From NCBI GenBank assembly GCA_043228905.1, contig JBHGNT010000001.1:14012001-14076000 (forward strand): a stretch of DNA of 64,000 nt, written 5' to 3'. The DNA is from Azolla caroliniana (lineage: Eukaryota > Plantae > Polypodiophyta). Below the pieces are notes generated by a model. The model was not told the origin of the DNA and searched no databases. It worked only from the letters and a program-made list of their open reading frames with translations. A program made the position numbers and the translations under genes. Shown piece after piece: positions 13,023 through 25,200 of the stretch; the stretch's first letter is position 1; the number at the start of each line of letters is the position of its first letter.

Positions 13023-16000
13023 ACGCAGAAGAAGAGAAGGCCGGATGTTCATTCTCGATTCACATGAGATAAAATCCGCCATGTTCGCAAAAAGCACGAA
13101 AGCCGACTCCGACATAGAGCTATGGCACAAGCGAATTGGCCACATCAATCTCAACAAACTCAAAGCAATGAAATCGAAAGGAATCGTCATCGGCCTCCCG
13201 ACATTCAAAGAGAAGGAGATTGAAGGTGTTGCAAAGCGTGCCAATTCGGCAAACAACACCGACACCCATTCCCAAAAGAGCGGAACGTGAGCAAAGGTCT
13301 ACTCGATGTAGTCCATTCCGACGTATGGGGACCGACGCAGATGGCTACATTCGGCGGATGCCGATATTACGTGCTATTCATCGACGACTTCTCCAGGCAC
13401 ACATGGGTCTATCAGATGCGGCAAAAGAGAGAAGTGTTCGAACACTTCCAAAGGTTTAAAAACGAATTCGAAAAAGCCATTGGTCGTCATGTACGATGCC
13501 TTCGATCGGATGGCGGCAAGGAGTACTTCTCGGATGATTTCACGGTGTATTCCCGAAAGGAAGGAATTCGGCGAGAATTCACTTGCCAACACACTCCGCA
13601 ACAAAACGGAGTAGCCGAGCGCAAAAATCGGCACATCCTCGAAGTAGCGCGGGCCATGATGAACGAGAAGCATATGCCCAAGTCATATTGGGCCGAAGCT
13701 GCAAATACGGCCGTCTACCTAATGAACCGGTGCACAACATCCGGAGTGCACGAGGTCACTCCGCACGAAAAATACTTCGGAAAGAAGCCGGACTTATTGC
13801 ACACCCGGATATTTGGCACGATAGCGTACGTGCACATCCCCGAAGTCGGAGAAATGTATCCTCGTAGGATACTCACTGGAGCAAAAGGGGTACAAGTGCT
13901 ACAACCCCTCAACTCGAAAATCTCGAGTAAGTCGAGACGTCGTTTTTGACAAGTCCGCATCTTGGTACGCACCAGAGACAACTTCGACTCCGACTCCACT
14001 CGACCCGGAATCCGCCGAACAAGAGATAGAGGATGAAGATCGCCTTAAGCACATGTTTGAAGAAAGACCGATCACGACCCGACTGAGCGGACCACAAGAG
14101 CCTTTGAGTCATCAAAAGCACATCACGGCCTAGCCCGAAGATGGACAAAGGCAAGGCGAAAATGTCAGAATACGAAGACGATCGCTTCAACAACGATGAG
14201 TCGACTCACTCACTCAACAGTGAGTTCGGCGGCTTCGATGTACCAATCGGAGCTAAGAAAGCCCTCATCTCTACAAATGAAACGGCTACATGGCATATCA
14301 CTATGCGTTTATGATGAAGGTGGCGACAATATGCGAGCCAGAAACATTTTCCGAAGTAGCCAAAGATCTGCGATGGATCGAATCCATGAACGAGGAGATG
14401 CAGGCACTACGCAAGAACGAGACATGGGATCTCGTTCCCACCTCACCACACAAAAAGGCGATTGGATGCAGATGGATTTACAAAGTGAAGTACAACGTCG
14501 ACGGTTCCGTCAACCGCTACAAAGCGCGACTTGTAGCGAAAGGCTACGCACAAACGCACGGAGTTGACTACGAAGAGACCTTTGCCCCGGTGGCTAAGAT
14601 GATGACAGTATGGACCGTAATTGCGCTTGCCGTGGCAAAAGGGTGGCACCTCCATCAAATGGACGTCAAGAACGCCTTTCTACAAGGCGAATTAGAAGAG
14701 GAGGTGTACATGATACAACCACCCGATTTCAACTCGAGCACCCATTCGAAAGTTGTATGCCGACTCAAGAAGCCACTCTATGGCCTCAAGCAAGCACCGC
14801 GTGCTTGGCATCCGAAGATAACGCAATATCTTCATCAAATCAGCTTCCGTATGTCAAAATCAGACAACTCCCTCTACATACGAAGCGATTCCGCAAGTCC
14901 GATCGTCATCATCTTATATGTGGATGACCTAGTCATTGGAGTTGAGCATCTCGTCGAAATCAATAAGATCAAATCCCTCCTTTCCGACAAGTTCGAGATG
15001 ACAGACATGAAGGAGCTCCACTACTTCCTCGGCATCGAGGTAATTTGGACTCCGGCCGGAATCATGATCTCTCAACGGCACTACATCCTCAACTTGTTAT
15101 ACAAGTTCGGTATGGCTGAGTGCAAATCCGTGGCAACCCCGCTTGATCGCAATCTCAAACTAGATGCGAACTCTGACACCAAAGCATGTGAGCCGATTAA
15201 GGATCGGCAACTCATCGGGAGTCTCATCTACCTCATGATCACACGACCCAATCTCAGTTATCCGGTCGGTCTCCTTAGCCAATTCATGCAAACACTGGGT
15301 GATACTCACTTGGATTGCGCTAAGTGAGTTCTACGATACGTGAGCGGCACAATGGATTGCGGCATCCTCTACAAGACCGCAATGCCAATACGAGTCGATG
15401 GGTACACAGACGCTGATTGGGCCGACTACAAAGCCGATAGAAGATCAACCTCCGTATTTGTTTTTTCCCTCAGCAACGGAGCAATATCCTGGAGCTGCAA
15501 AAAGCAACCAATCGTTGCTCTTTCGAGCACAGAGGCGGAATACAAGGGCATGGCAGTGGCCGCATGTGAAGCCATATGGCTCAAAAGGATACTCAAGGAT
15601 CTAGGCGTACCCATCAAGGATCCAACTTCCCTTTACTACGACAACATGAGCAATATCTATCTGGCTTGGAACCCAGTGTTCCACGCGTGGACAAAACACA
15701 TCGAAGTGCACTATCACTTCATCCGAGAGTGCGTTCTAGTGGGCGATGTCGACCTACAACACATTAGCACCAATCTTCAAATGACCGACATCTTCACTAA
15801 AGCCTTAGGAGCCGACAAGCTATGGCAATTCATGACCGATCTCGGATTCACGATCCCTGACCTGCCAAGCTTGAGGGGGAGTACTGAAGACACTACGCAA
15901 TAACGTTGTCGTGAAGATCCGTCACTACGCGCGGATCGTGAGGCGGAACCGCCGGGGTTCTGGACCAGAAGGATTTAGAGTCGATACAAGCTTTGGCGAG

Positions 16001-16307
16001 AAAGTACTTAAGATAGATTGGGAAAGAGAGAAGATGAGATTACACGATTGATTTCAAAACGAATTTCTTCCTCTTAATTTTCATAAAAAAAAACCATGTT
16101 TTTCTCCTCCCCCTTCCCTCTTTTATAGATGCTCTCATGCATATGATGCATGTGAGGGTACAAGACATGCATAAATTGCATGTTTGCCATTTGACGCTTA
16201 AGTATTACATGTGGTGCATGCTAACCATGTCACTCATTTTAGCACTCATGGATGAGAATTTACATTTAAAAGTACAATGATAGGAATATAATTTCAACTA
16301 AATACTA

Positions 16308-16361
16308 TGGCTTAATGGTAAGCCATTTGACTCCTAACTTGGATGTGCTAGGTTCGAATCC
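16308..16361 (+). promoter_or_regulatory. tRNA-like Pol III promoter (A box TGGCTTAATGG, B box GGTTCGAATCC) in the Gypsy 3' LTR U3, antisense to the element
   Basis: Consensus boxes, 32-nt spacer, GGCTT/AAGCC D-stem-like pairing and a T5 run at ~16390. Confidence 0.7.
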
Positions 16362-16957
16362 ATACTTGCCCTCCTTGTATATGTATATATTTTTATATAT
16401 TTATTTTATCTAGTCGCCGGTTCGCCGGATGCAGTCGCCGGATACCGGTGCCGCCGCCGGATGCCGCCGCCAGATGCCGCCGCCGGATCACCGGCTCCAT
16501 CGCCGGTCCAGTTTTGATTGGCCAAAACCCTTTTCGAGTAGCTAGCCACCTCCACTCTAAGTTCAAGTTACCTTGAACTCTCTATGCTCCACACATAGAC
16601 ACAAAGATGATATCTTTTGCTCCACCTTATATATGATGAGAGCCGTATTTGTCGTGCCTATGTGGGATATCTCACAATTTTCTCTTTTCTTTTCACAAAC
16701 TTTATACCCTCATATCTTGACATTTAGTTGTCCATTTCTCGTGTAATAAAGTGCATTCGAAACCTCCATCATTTTGTACTTAGATATTAAAAATGTTATC
16801 TTCACAATTATTGTATTACATGATTCATACTCGATTTTGTACGTTTAATGGGATTTTCACACTATTGCCGAAAATCTTCACGACATCCACCCCCACCAAA
16901 CCGCACGTCCTCCGGTACGTGCCAAGAAGAGAAGAAGTGAGATTTCAGCTACGATGA

Positions 16958-19900
16958 TCAATTAGATTCCTCCATGTCTTCATTTTTATCCGGCCTATTA
17001 TGTTCATCGTCGAGGTAATCGAGGTCAGGATCCTTGTCTTGTCTTTTCTTGAAAAGCTTTACTCTTTTTCCCGCAATGGGTACGACCAACCTTGATCCGT
17101 CTAGTTCCGCAAGGTGGTATGTGGCATTATCGTTGGCACTTGTCACCACATACGGTCCGAACCATCTTCTTGCGAACTTCCTTGTTGTACTATGTTGATT
17201 GTCAAGGGTGCTGTCGTAGACCAAAACCCAATCCCCTTCTTCAATCTTCTTGGGACGAAGTCGATGCGTGTTGTCGAACCGAACTTTGTTCTTTACTCGG
17301 GCTGCCTTCATCATCTTTCGCGCTTTTTCTAAATCTTCAGGTCTTCTTTCAAGTTGCCTTATCCGCGCCGCTAATAACTCTTCTCGGCTCATCTCGTTCT
17401 CCCACGGTATTGCTACCCATGAGGCGATCGTCCTTTCGATGGGCATAATCGGCTTTTGTCCATACATAAGCTCCGTCGGCATATACCCTGTCACCGAGCT
17501 ATGTGTCGTTCTATCGGCCCACAAGGCATAGGGTAATAGTCGTGGCCAATTCCCGACTCGACCGTTGCATGCCCGTACGATGGCTTTAACGATAGGTCCA
17601 TGCCCTCGCTCGATCTTCCCATTTGCTTCCGGATTGTAGGCAGTCGTGAGGGAGAGCTTCACGCCTAGTCTTTCGAAGAGCTCCGTCGCTTCGTGCGCGT
17701 CCAACTCCCCTCGGTCGGCCACTATCTTCCCTACACATCCATATCGGCAAACAACATCTTCAAGTAAAAATTTACAAACGGCTGAAGTCGTCTTATTTGT
17801 CAAGGCTCGTCCTTCCACTTGATTTGTCAAGTCTTCCCTTGCGAGCGCTAAGTACTTCATTTGTCCCACTCCCATTGGCATCGAGACCAGATCCACCATC
17901 CATTTGAAGTGAATGGTGAGTGGGTATGTCGGCTTCAACTCATCACGATGACGTATATTTGAATATACTTGGCAAGTTTCGCATGTGGACACGAAATGGA
18001 GTACATCTTTGTACATGCTTGGCCACCAGTACTTCTCCTTCAACTTTTCGAACGTCGCCCATGTTCCTCTATGACCTGCCCAAGCACTCTCGTGGAATTC
18101 GGTCATCAGCGTCTCTTGCTCTTCTTTCTTTACCACCACTCGACGTGGTATTCCTGTCCTTCTTTTTGGATGTCGCCAAAGGAATCCTCCCTTCAAGAAG
18201 TATCGGTAAGCTTTCTTTTGGATTCGTAGGGCCTCCTCCTTTGTCAACGAAGCATCTGTCGTCAATGTTCTTAGGAATCTACCGATGAGTAACCATTCTC
18301 CTTCGTACTCGTTCTCGTTGAAGGCGTGGAGGGTTTGCGTGTCCTGGTCTTCCGCCGACAATCGAGCCATTTTGAAGAAGTCGAGGGCGACATCTTCATC
18401 TTCCGAAACCATGTTACTTCCATTTGAAAATCTTGCCCTCGACAGCTTGTCAGCCATGGCGTTCTTCTTCCCTGCGATGTGACGGATCTCTGGGTTTAAA
18501 GACTTGATGTAGGCGATCCACCTTAGCATAGCAAGATCTGGGGTCGCACATCCTGAGACCATTCCGAGAATTGGGAGACAATCTGTCTCTATTATCACTT
18601 CTGATCCGATCAGGTAATCTTTGTCCGTCTTCACTGCCGACACAATACCCCAAAGTTCCCGCTTGACTTGGGCATATCTTTGTTGCCGTTCGCTAAGAAC
18701 CTTTGCTCCGAACCGGACGGCATATCGCGCATTATCTTCACCTTCTTGATTGATGACCCACCCGATTCCGGTTGGGCTCGTATCTACGGTCACATAAATT
18801 GGTTTCCCTTCGGCATAGTCGGCCTTCCTTAGTGCCGGAGCTTCAAGAAGCAGTTTCTTTAATCTTCACATCGCCTCTGTGTGCTCGTCTCGCCATTCGA
18901 ACTTTATTCTTTTCTTTAGTAGTCCATATAACGGTTCGGTGACATGAGCGTAGTGAGGAATCCATATATGATAAAACGCGCACGCTCCAAGGAACCTTCG
19001 AACCTCCGTTTGGTTTTCGCATTCTTCTTTCATGTCTTGGATTGCGTTCACTTTGGATGGCGAGGGCTTCCGGCCGTATGCTCCACACAAGTGACCTACC
19101 ACCAAGATCTCCGGTTGCCCGAATGCGGATTTTTCTCCCGAAAATGTCAAATTCGCATCTTCGAGCCTTTGAAGCACCTTCTCGCAATCTTTCATATGAT
19201 CCGCAACGAACTTTCTACAACCTTCCTTATCTTTCGATTCATCTTTCTCCTCATCCGAACATCCTTTTATCGGAATATCATCCAAGAATGGCATCGTGAT
19301 GTCCGGAATGCAATCCTTCAAGACTTTATTCATGGCATTCACCATATGAGCCACCGAGTTCGTTGCGCCTTGGGGTAAGGTACACATCCGCACAAGCCCG
19401 ATCGGAGTCCTCATGGTTGTAATGTCCCGACTGTCGATCGCCAACTGGAATTGGTCATATCCGGAGTAGAGATCGCCAATGGAGAAGATGGACCGGCCCG
19501 CAAACGCTTCGGCAAATTCGTCCACGCTCGGACTGATTCCAGCATTTCGAATTGTCACCTTGTTGACGGGTTGAAGATCTTGGATGAATCGCAATGATCC
19601 ATTCTTCTTCGGCACCGTGAACCACCTATTGGAATAAGGAGCATTCGACGGTTCTAGAATTCCCATACTCACCTTCTCCTTTAAGAGCTCGATCAGCTTC
19701 GGAAGGTGTGCTCTCGGAACCGGTATCGGTTTCAAATTCCAAGGCACATGAGGCACCGTGAAGATCACCATTGGCTCTATAACCTTTGGGTCGGCGCATC
19801 CGATTTCTCGTGGGAAGAATGCGAAATCCTTCCCATGTCTCTCAAGCATATCGCGAAACATTCGCTCCTCTTCAGGGAGAAGGAAATCCTCCTTTCCAAC

Positions 19901-20452
19901 TCGTAGCTTCCCCTTCGTCTCTTTGGTGAAGTCATGACCTATCTTCTTCGGATCTCTTAAGCTTGGATCGTTAGCGACTTCCTTCATCTTTTGCCAGCTA
20001 TCTTCCGGTAGCGGAACCGCAACTGGTTTGATCTTCTTATCCACCGTTTTATATTTCGTGTTGATGTCAGCTTCCTTCATCGAGATGCCACGACGGTATT
20101 CATCGATGATAGCGTACATGTTGACAGAGTTAACCGAAATCACGCGTTGGTTGTGAAGATAGCCCAAGTCCACGACGTCCTCGATTTCGCCGATGGTGTC
20201 GTTAAATGAGGCTTCTTCCATAATATGAGTCACGAACTCTCCTTCTTCTATTATGTTCTCTTCTTTCAGCATCTTCTCGAATTCTTGTATCCGGCGCTTG
20301 TGCTTCTTGTCGGGTAGTACTAGTTTACATGTGCCACTAGGTGTGACACATGTTGCTTCTCCTTGCAATCCACGCGCTCTTCTTTCTTGTGGGGTCTTGT
20401 GATTGCTCGGACTATTTGTGCCCCATGCTTCAATAGTCCGCTCTAAAAATCC
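16958..20452 (-). pseudogene. Gypsy pol: RT-RNaseH-integrase, with one in-frame TGA at 18866-18868
   Basis: RT motifs VPKKNGSLRFIQDL, DLYSGYDQ, LPQGATNS, FLDD; RNaseH VDTSPTGIG and ETDCLP; integrase HHCC (H..AWAGH...C..CQ), ADRGE and YNPEANGKIER; C-terminal GPY. ORFs 18866..20368 and 16958..18793 are in the same frame. Confidence 0.9.
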
Positions 20453-22114
20453 GAGGATTCGCCTCCGAGACTATCTCGATTCCTTTCATGATTGGCTCGC
20501 ACCATTAGGAATTGGACCGATCTTTGGTTGTCAAGACTCTTTATTCGTGCGAAGGCTGCTCCATTATCGAACACTTTGGTCTCCATCCGAGATGATGTGA
20601 TATAAGGTTGCCCTAGGATGACAGGATGCGATGCCGATTCTTGTACGAAGAAGTGTTGATCCATCTCCACATCCCCGATCGTGACTTTGACATTGGGACA
20701 AGCTCCGTACAAGTCCTCCGTAGACTTTGTTGCCGCGCGAATCTTCCATCCGTGGTTTGTATTGATTGGCCATCTTCCCTTTTTGTAGAAGTCGGTTGAC
20801 ATGAGGTTGATCTCCGAGCCGTGGTCGATCAAGGCTACGACAGTCTCTTTCTTCTCCCCGATCTTCACCGGCGTCTCCGTTGTCGCTCGTGCCCAATGAG
20901 GTCGAGTGTAGTGGCTGTCCACCATATCTTCATCGATTTCGTCTCTTGCCATCGTTATGGCATTCGTTTTTGCTTTCTGCGGCTTCTCTTCTTCCTCGTC
21001 CGATTGTTGTCTCTTTCTCTTTACAAGGTCCACGATCGTGTCATGGAACTCCTTCTTCGTAATGCCAAGCAATTCCCTCAAGGACAAAGTTACGTGGCTA
21101 TCAAGAACTCATTCTTCGAGAATCTTCTTTAGGTCCGTCGTCTGCTCTATGTCCGACCTTAGCTTATAGGTAGGTATGGTCCTTGTCCTCCGAGTGGGGT
21201 CTTCGACACCAACCTTCACGGGCCGAACCGTTTCTTCAACTCGTATGCTCGGCTCCCCTTTTCGGCTTGATTCTCGTTCCTCCGTTTGTAAAGGTCGACT
21301 CGTCTCCGCATCGTCCTTCTTTTTCGCGTTCCTTATTTCATGTCTTTTTTATGGCCCTTGCTCTTCTATTCTCTTTCTCTTTTCTTCGACGAACACCTCG
21401 TGGTTGTCGCACATCACCTCTGCGAGTATGGTGTTGTCGTCCACCGGATCCGACCACCCGGTTATGCTTTGCACGTTTCGGTCCGCAAGCTCTACCTCGT
21501 TCGATGTGACTTTTCCCTTCTTCTCATATTCGAGAACGGAAGTCCAAAACTTTGCTCCCGCTCTAGTAGCTTCAGTCTTATCTTTCCCGACTCTTATTCT
21601 GGCCGACGCAGCATAGTGCATCGCATCCACATGAGTCGCATCGGCATCCTCCATAGATCTCTTCATTCCTCCTCTTCCGAAATTCACCCGTAGGGGTCTT
21701 CTCGTCTTGCTTGAGCAGATCATGTTGTCCTCTATGTATACGATATTTTGTCGAATCGCCTCTCGAAGGCTCGCACAATCCCTTCTCATGTGGTCCATGC
21801 TATCGCACCACACGCATCTAAAGGGTTCTTTTCCTTTAGGACCCCGACGATTCATGTTGGCTAGCGTGACCTTCTCGAACTTCTTCGCTAGCTCTTCGAT
21901 GATGTCGTCATCAATCTTCTTTTCTTCCACGTTACTTTGTCTCAGCGGCTCAACTACTTTCGGCGGTCTTGCTTTCTCCGTGGTAGTCGGTCCCGTCATG
22001 TCGGTGTCATCAACCCATTGGCGACGCTTGTCGAGCCTATTGCATGCCCGCTTCACCGCGATCCAGTCCGCTATGAGCCCATTTGCTTGGGTATCATCTT
22101 CGAGAAGAGTCCCC
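20443..22114 (-). pseudogene. Gypsy gag C-terminal part (CCHC knuckle) and aspartic protease
   Basis: CVWCDSMDHMRRDC knuckle; protease ALIDHGSEINLM...VILGQPY; premature stop at 21349. Confidence 0.85.
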
Positions 22115-22198
22115 TGTTGGAAGCGAGGTCGTTAATGCGGAAGATCAAGAAGCATTCTGTTCTGTTCAGTACCTGCGTATGAGAGATTGTAGGTCGTT

Positions 22199-22235
<37 letters not shown>

Positions 22236-25200
22236 CACAAAAGACTTTCTTATTGCATAAACAAAGAATACAACAACCAACCTCACAAAGAGGTTACAAG
22301 GTCACTATATATAGTGACCAACTTAGGGCAACTACCCTTTATGCTAATTACATAAATGGCCAACACGGGATAGTGTGAATACGTCCATTATACACATGTA
22401 TTCGACACTCCCCCGTAATGGGCGTATACATGGGTTATCTAAGATTACAGGTATAGACTTAGGTTCTCGGACATATCAGCTTTGTTCGAGTCGGCAGGGT
22501 CCGAAGGCAGAAGACCGAGCTGGTCGGGTCGGAACAGTTGAAGCCGATCATTAAGGAACTGACGTCGGTTGTCGGGAACCATCCTGCTCTGTGTCCGGCT
22601 CTAACCGGACTGGTTTGTCGTTACGCCCATCTGATGCCGAAGAGACCGAAAGCGGTCTGCCGAAAGACACTTGGTCATTCCATCTGCGACATTGTCGGTT
22701 GTGGATATTTTCTCTAGACCGATTTTCCCTGAAATGACGCAGTCCCGAACGAAGTGATATCGAACGTCGATATGCTTGGAGGCGTTGTGGTGAACCGGAT
22801 TTTTCGACAAGGCAACAGCACCTTGACTGTCGCTGTAGACAACTGGAGCCGAGTCATGGTCGACTTGTCGAAACGTGTGCGCCAGCCGACCAAGCCATAA
22901 GGCTTCTTTTGCTGCGTCGGACGCAGCTACATATTCTGCTTCGGTCGTTGAGGTCGCTGTGCATTCCTGAAGTTTCGACTTCCACGAGATTGCTCCATTG
23001 CCGAATTTGAAGCAGTATCCGGTTGTTGATTTCCGACTGTCTATACAGCCGGCGAAGTCCGAGTCGGTGTAACCGACTACGCCTGAGGTTCGGTTCGGAC
23101 CGAAAAGAATGCCGTGGTCTTTTGTGCCAGCCAGATATCTGAACACATGCTTGACTGCGTTCCAATGCGATCGGCCAGGATTGTGCATAAATCTGCTAAC
23201 GACTCCTACGGCATGAGAGATATCAGGCCGTGTCGCGACCATCAGGTACATAAGGGAGCCGACTGCCGGTGCATACGGTACCGACTTCATATCTTCCCCC
23301 TCCGGACCGGATGTCGGGCAGTCTCGCTGAGAGAGCCGAAGATTCATGGGGAGCGGGGTTGAAGCAGATTTGGCTGATTGCATGTTGAAGCGTTCCAAGA
23401 CACGTCCGATGTAGTCGGTCTGAGACAAAAAAAGATGTCGTTTATCGCGATGCCGACTAATCTTCATGCCGAGTATGTGTCGTGCCGGGCCGAGGTCCTT
23501 CATGGCAAACTTCAACCGCAGTTGCCGAACGAGGTCGGCAAGTTCGCCCGCGTGGCGTCCAGAAATTAGCATGTCGTCCACGTAAATGATGAGGAAGATG
23601 GGTGATCCATCTTGAGCTGTGTTGGTGAAGAGACAATGGTCCTCATCGCTTTTGGAGAAGCCGATCGATTGGATGAAGTCGTCGAACTTCTTGTACCATT
23701 GTCGCGGTGCCTGTTTGAGGCCGTATAGACTCTTCCTGAGTCGGCAGACTAGATGTTCTTGGCCGGTTGCCACGAAGCCTTTCGGCTGCTCCATATAAAT
23801 TTCCTCGTCAAGATCACCATGGAGGAATGCTGTTTTGACATCTAGCTGAATCAGCTCCAAGTTGTCGGCTGCCACTACGCCGAGTAGGAAACGAAGGGTT
23901 GTCATTTTCACCACTGGTGAAAAAATCTCGTCGAAGTCGACGCCGTATTCTTGTCGGAAGCCCTTCGCAACTAGTCTGGCCTTGTACTTTGGGGTGGTCG
24001 AATCAGACGTCTCTTTTAGTCGATAAACCCACTTGCAAGGAAGAGCACGTCGGTTCCTAGGTAATTCGACCAGATCCCAAGTCTTGTTTGCCCGAATGGA
24101 GTGCATTTCCGACTCCATCGCCAGATGCCAGGTGGCTGAATCGACGGATGTCGATGCTTCTTCGTAAGACGTCGGTTCGCCGGCGTCGGTGAAGAAAATT
24201 CCAGGAGAATACCTCTCCGGAGGTTGCGACAGTCTCTCGGATCGTCGAGGCATGATTGGACTGGTCGCATCGGGTATCGTGGTCGGATGGTCCGAAAGCG
24301 GATTGTTCTGCTGTGCCGAGTCGGAGTTGTCCGAGTCGGTAGTGTAAGGTTCAGCTACCCGTGAAGCTGACCGTGTGTTGAGAGCGGGGCCTTCTTGAAG
24401 GGTCGGCACATCGGAAAAGGTTACCCTTCGGACTTCGATCGGTTTTTCGACTGATGGATTCATGGCCGACTCGTTGAACACAACGTCCGAACTTCGAACG
24501 ATTTGTCTGCGTTCGGGGTCCCAGAGTCGGTATCCCATTTCGCCGTCGGATCCATATCCAAGGAAAATGCATTTCCTGGACCGAGGTGCAAGTTTTCGGC
24601 GATCATCTTTCGGAATAAGGGCGTACGCCTCGCATCCGAAGATCCTCAGCTTGTCGTAATTCGGCTTACTGCCGATCCATAGTTCCTGAGGAATTTGAAG
24701 TCCTAGAGGTCTACTTGGCGACATATTGATTATGTGTACTGCCGTGAGTAGAGCCTCTGCCCAGAAGCCATCCGACAGTCCGGAGTGTTGGAGCATGGAG
24801 ACTAACCGTTCTTGGATTGTCCGATTCATGCGTTCGGCAATCCCGTTTTGCTCCGGACTGTATGGTGCCGTAAGTTCACGTCGGATGCCGCGTTGTCGGC
24901 AGAATTTGACGAATTCTTCGGATTTGAACTCTCCCCCATTGTCTGTCCGAAAGCATTTCAGCTTTCGGTCGGTTTGATTTTCCACCATAGCGAGCCAATC
25001 TGAAAAGATCGAGAAGACACGATCTTTGGTGCGAATTGGATACGCCCACACCTTTCGAGTCGAGTCGTCAATAAAAGTGACGAAGTAAGATGCACCGCCT
25101 AGAGACTGATGCGGCATTGGGCCACAGACGTCCGAATGGACTAAATCGAGAGGTCTCGTTTCTCTTGGTGCTGATGTCGGGTGTGATGCGGCTACTTGTT

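Noticed and set aside
16300-16375. Functional tRNA-Arg(CCT) gene in the LTR
   Set aside because: Anticodon, T and acceptor stems do not pair; only the A/B boxes and D stem survive.
18866-18868. Regulated stop between RT and RNaseH of the Gypsy
   Set aside because: Likely CGA-to-TGA CpG decay in the middle of a domain.
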